Program-made: the position numbers and the translations under genes
Origin: Eubacteriales bacterium
GTDB taxonomy: Bacteria > Bacillota > Clostridia > Lachnospirales > Lachnospiraceae
Length of the DNA stretch: 64,000 nucleotides
NCBI GenBank assembly: GCA_030536755.1
Contig: JAUNPJ010000007.1
Coordinates: 2,115-66,114, forward strand
Direction of reading: 5' to 3'
Shown here: positions 61,647 through 64,000 of the stretch, in pieces
How the letters are laid out: each line of letters opens with the position of its first letter
Position numbering within the stretch: the stretch's first letter is position 1
Notes under the pieces: model-generated
Told to the model about the DNA's origin: nothing
Database searches by the model: none
What the model saw: only the letters and a program-made list of their open reading frames with translations

Positions 61647-62402
61647 TTAAATATTATTTTCTCCTACCAATCGAAGCACATCTTCAATCTCTTCCTTTGG
61701 CATATCCAGGAAAATAGATAGCTCATCCACAGAAAACTCCAAATCGTCATCCCCATCCGTCAGATCTTTCACGGCTTTCTCCAGCCTGGTCACCTTGTCT
61801 ACCATCGTATCATCCCGGCGTTTCTGCTCTGTCTGTTCTTCAATCATATAGAGAATTCCGTCACGGATTCCCTTTTCCATCTGTAAGTCAACATGCTCCG
61901 TTGATTCGATGCGGTTGAGCGCCATCATCAGATGTACATTTCCCTCTGCGATCGTATCAGCCAAGGGAACCTGCGCATGGTGAAGCTCCACGGCAATGTC
62001 CGCCACAAGCGGCATATAAAACTCAACCGCCTTCTGCAGGGCGTCAGCATCCCCTTTCTGTACTTTCTCAATCAGTACCTCAATCGGCTCATCTGCTTTC
62101 GGAAGCTGCTTCAATGTCTCCTGGTACTTTTTGAGATAAGACTTTTCTTCTTCACTCAGCGGCGCTGTCTGGTACTGTACACTGTCCGAAGCTTCCTGCG
62201 CAGAATCCGTCTTCTCCTCTCCACGGCCTGTCACCTGAATCTTCTGGACAGCCAGATACTCATATACCTTACCAAGCTGTTCTTCAGACAAGGCATCGTC
62301 ACGAAACAATTCTTCCACCTGTAAAGCGTCAATGCAATTGCCGCCGGCTTTTCCCGCTTCCACTATCTGAACCAGTTTTTTCTGAAATTCCTTAATATCC
62401 AT
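61647..62402 (-). CDS. SigA-like protein retaining regions 1.1-2.2 and 3.0 but lacking regions 2.3-2.4 and 4 (pseudo-sigma)
   Basis: Three segments align by eye with primary sigma. AGKAGGNCIDALQVEELF...EEQLGKVYEYL resembles region 1.1. KGDADALQKAVEFYMPLVADIAVEL...TIAEGNVHLMMAL resembles region 2.1-2.2. FSVDELSIFLDMPKEEIEDVLRL resembles region 3.0. The protein ends there. Confidence 0.55.
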   Translation of the reverse strand: MDIKEFQKKLVQIVEAGKAGGNCIDALQVEELFRDDALSEEQLGKVYEYLAVQKIQVTGRGEEKTDSAQEASDSVQYQTAPLSEEEKSYLKKYQETLKQLPKADEPIEVLIEKVQKGDADALQKAVEFYMPLVADIAVELHHAQVPLADTIAEGNVHLMMALNRIESTEHVDLQMEKGIRDGILYMIEEQTEQKRRDDTMVDKVTRLEKAVKDLTDGDDDLEFSVDELSIFLDMPKEEIEDVLRLVGENNI

Positions 62403-62413
62403 ACGGTCTCCTT

Positions 62414-63031
62414 CTATTTGCTTTTTTTATCCTTCTTGCCGGGATGAGGCATCTGATCGATCAGCTTCTCTACCAACATTTTTTTCACATAGACGTCGAA
62501 GCACAGCAGACAGATAAACGTGAAATTCTGCAAAAATTCCTTTTCCTCTTCCTCTGCATCCGGAAACGACTGCTCTGCCGTATGAAAACGCTTGGCAATG
62601 TCTTTCATAATCGGCTCAATCTGCTCCATCTCCAACTTCATAATCTCATCATAAACCTCTGTCATTTCCATACTGTCATCACTCACGTCAAAATGTTTCT
62701 CTGTGATCGGCTTCAGAAGCGTCTGAATATCATTAATCGATAAAATATTTTTGAAATAATAAATAAACGTTAACAGCAATATATGCTCTTTCGAATATTT
62801 CTTCTTCACCGGAGGCGGCAGCAAATCGTTTTTGGCGTAATTGTTGATCATCGTTTTTGTCAGCACTTTATCTTCCGGATATCGTTTGCAGGATTTTAAT
62901 TTGGATTCCATAAATGTGGTGACCTGATCCATATACAAATCAATTCCAGGTATCTCTTCCGGTTTGATATAATCGATTCTCGAAAGGCTGGACAAAATAC
63001 TATTCAGCAAGTCGTTTTTATCTATGGTCAT
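62414..63031 (-). CDS. DUF1836 domain protein
   Basis: Motif LYMDQVTTFMESKL...LTKTMINNYAKNDLLPPPVKKKYSKEHILLLTFIYYFK. The start is uncertain: ATG at 63031 or 63055, or GTG at 63070. Confidence 0.65.
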   Translation of the reverse strand: MTIDKNDLLNSILSSLSRIDYIKPEEIPGIDLYMDQVTTFMESKLKSCKRYPEDKVLTKTMINNYAKNDLLPPPVKKKYSKEHILLLTFIYYFKNILSINDIQTLLKPITEKHFDVSDDSMEMTEVYDEIMKLEMEQIEPIMKDIAKRFHTAEQSFPDAEEEEKEFLQNFTFICLLCFDVYVKKMLVEKLIDQMPHPGKKDKKSK

Positions 63032-63115
63032 TTCTCTCCCCCATTTTCTAAGCATCTCTGTTTGTTCCACTTCATTATATAGTTTTCAAAACTACATGTA
63101 AAGAAATTTTTTGAA

Positions 63116-63186
63116 GGAAAAAGACTGCCGCAGAAACTCTTCGAGATATCCGGCACACTCCGTATATCCTGTCATCTGCGGCAGTC
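63116..63186 (-). terminator. Terminator-like long-loop hairpin after the yerC-like gene
   Basis: 12-bp stem GACTGCCGCAGA (63123-63134) pairs with TCTGCGGCAGTC (63175-63186) around a 40-nt loop. The minus-sense hairpin is followed by TTTTTCC. Confidence 0.5.
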
Positions 63187-63197
63187 CTGGGCTCATT

Positions 63198-63506
63198 TTA
63201 AGATTCCTTTTCTTCCATTTCGATTCCCATACGTTCAAATACCATACGATAGCCATCACATCCATAATTCAGAGATCGATTCACACGGCTGATCGTTGCT
63301 GTGGAAGCTCCTGTCTTATCGGAAATATCCAGATATGTCTTCTTCTCCACGAGCATCTTCGCTACCTCGAATCGCTGTGACAATGAAAGAATCTCATTGA
63401 TGGTACAGACATCTTCAAAAAAAGCGTAGCATTCTTCTTTATCTTTCAGATGCAGGATGGCTTCAAACAAATGATCCACTGCCTCTGTTCTTATTTTCTT
63501 ACCCAT
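63198..63506 (-). CDS. YerC/YecD (TrpR-like) DNA-binding protein
   Basis: 102 aa (ECYAFFEDVCTINEILSLSQRFEVAKML...TGASTATISRVNRSLNYG). Confidence 0.85.
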   Translation of the reverse strand: MGKKIRTEAVDHLFEAILHLKDKEECYAFFEDVCTINEILSLSQRFEVAKMLVEKKTYLDISDKTGASTATISRVNRSLNYGCDGYRMVFERMGIEMEEKES

Positions 63507-63591
63507 ATACTTTCCTCCATGGAATCAACGTTATTTTTATTTTAACATATTAACGCTGTAGATTCAAGAATTGTAAGTATATTTCACAATC

Positions 63592-64000
63592 TTATTTCCA
63601 TTTTGCGTACAAAACAACGCCTCTTCCGGCTGTACGCGGAATCGAAGTCACTTTCTTGGTATATTTCTGATCGGTATACCATCCGGCGAATTTGTACCCC
63701 TCCCTGACAGGATTGGCAAGAACCGTTCCCCGCTGATAAAAATAATATGGATTGGTGTCTGCATTTTTTCCGCCGTTTAACTGATACTTCACCACATATC
63801 CGCTGATTGCTTTCGAATATTTGCTGAATATCTTCTTATCCGTCGAGTCATAGCGATATGCCTGGATCCTCACGTAATATCTGCGCTGACAGTCTTTTTC
63901 CCGAATCAGCTTCGCATCCTTGTCAGAATCTACATATACATACTTAACTGTTCCCGCCGCAAAAGAAGAGGAATGCGAATAGGCGATGCGATATCCGTCC
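63592..64000 (-). CDS. C-terminal part of a surface protein with a Listeria-Bacteroides (InlB B / Flg_new) repeat; 5' end beyond the window
   Basis: Repeat YQLNGGKNADTNPYYFYQRGTVLANPVREGYKFAGWYTDQKYTKKVTSI. The frame stays open to nt 64000. Confidence 0.65.
   Translation of the reverse strand, partial: DGYRIAYSHSSSFAAGTVKYVYVDSDKDAKLIREKDCQRRYYVRIQAYRYDSTDKKIFSKYSKAISGYVVKYQLNGGKNADTNPYYFYQRGTVLANPVREGYKFAGWYTDQKYTKKVTSIPRTAGRGVVLYAKWK

Noticed and set aside
1-64000. CRISPR arrays, tRNA/rRNA genes, prophage or defence-island genes
   Set aside because: None were recognised. I saw no spaced direct-repeat arrays, no cloverleaf-like segments in the intergenic gaps, and no integrase, transposase or restriction-type ORFs.

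Overview
Gene content suggests a chromosomal segment from a spore-forming Firmicute, probably Clostridia and Lachnospiraceae-like; the taxon is an inference. The window holds about 60 genes, mostly on the minus strand, in four blocks. (1) Sporulation: spoIIAA-spoIIAB-sigF, spoVAA-AB-AC, a separate inverted spoVAD-AE pair, and an alpha/beta SASP gene. Three matching forespore-type promoters (GTATA-N17-CATAGT/CATACT) sit upstream of spoVAD, spoVAA and the SASP gene. (2) Housekeeping: valS with a T-box leader, an LTA-synthase-like gene, folC, addAB, nadE and hslO. (3) A ROK-associated sugar locus: GH3 beta-glucosidase, GPH symporter, paralogs of pgi/pfk/fba/tpi, a LarA-family nickel-pincer enzyme, and a LarC gene that lacks its C-terminal domain. 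(4) Transport and signalling: a MacB/FtsX-type ABC system with a ~350-aa coiled-coil insert, a NitT/TauT-type ABC system followed by nagB-like/nagA and a two-component system, an ECF S-component with a P-loop kinase, a PadR-DUF1700-DUF4097-PspC envelope module, MATE, ZIP, AEC and TauE. I saw no rRNA, tRNA or CRISPR. The most unusual items follow. (a) A 585-bp non-coding element (20991-21575) is almost entirely made of nested inverted repeats; it could be a large structured RNA, an invertible switch, or palindromic mobile DNA. (b) A family of very short palindromic MITE-like elements (79, 46 and 18 bp) each carries a perfect 8-bp target-site duplication, and one sits in the apical loop of a long folC leader hairpin that occludes the SD and start codon. 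(c) The LarA-like plus LarC1-only pair is embedded among glycolytic paralogs. (d) A SigA-like protein lacks regions 2.3-2.4 and 4. All functional calls rest on by-eye motif recognition; no searches were run.
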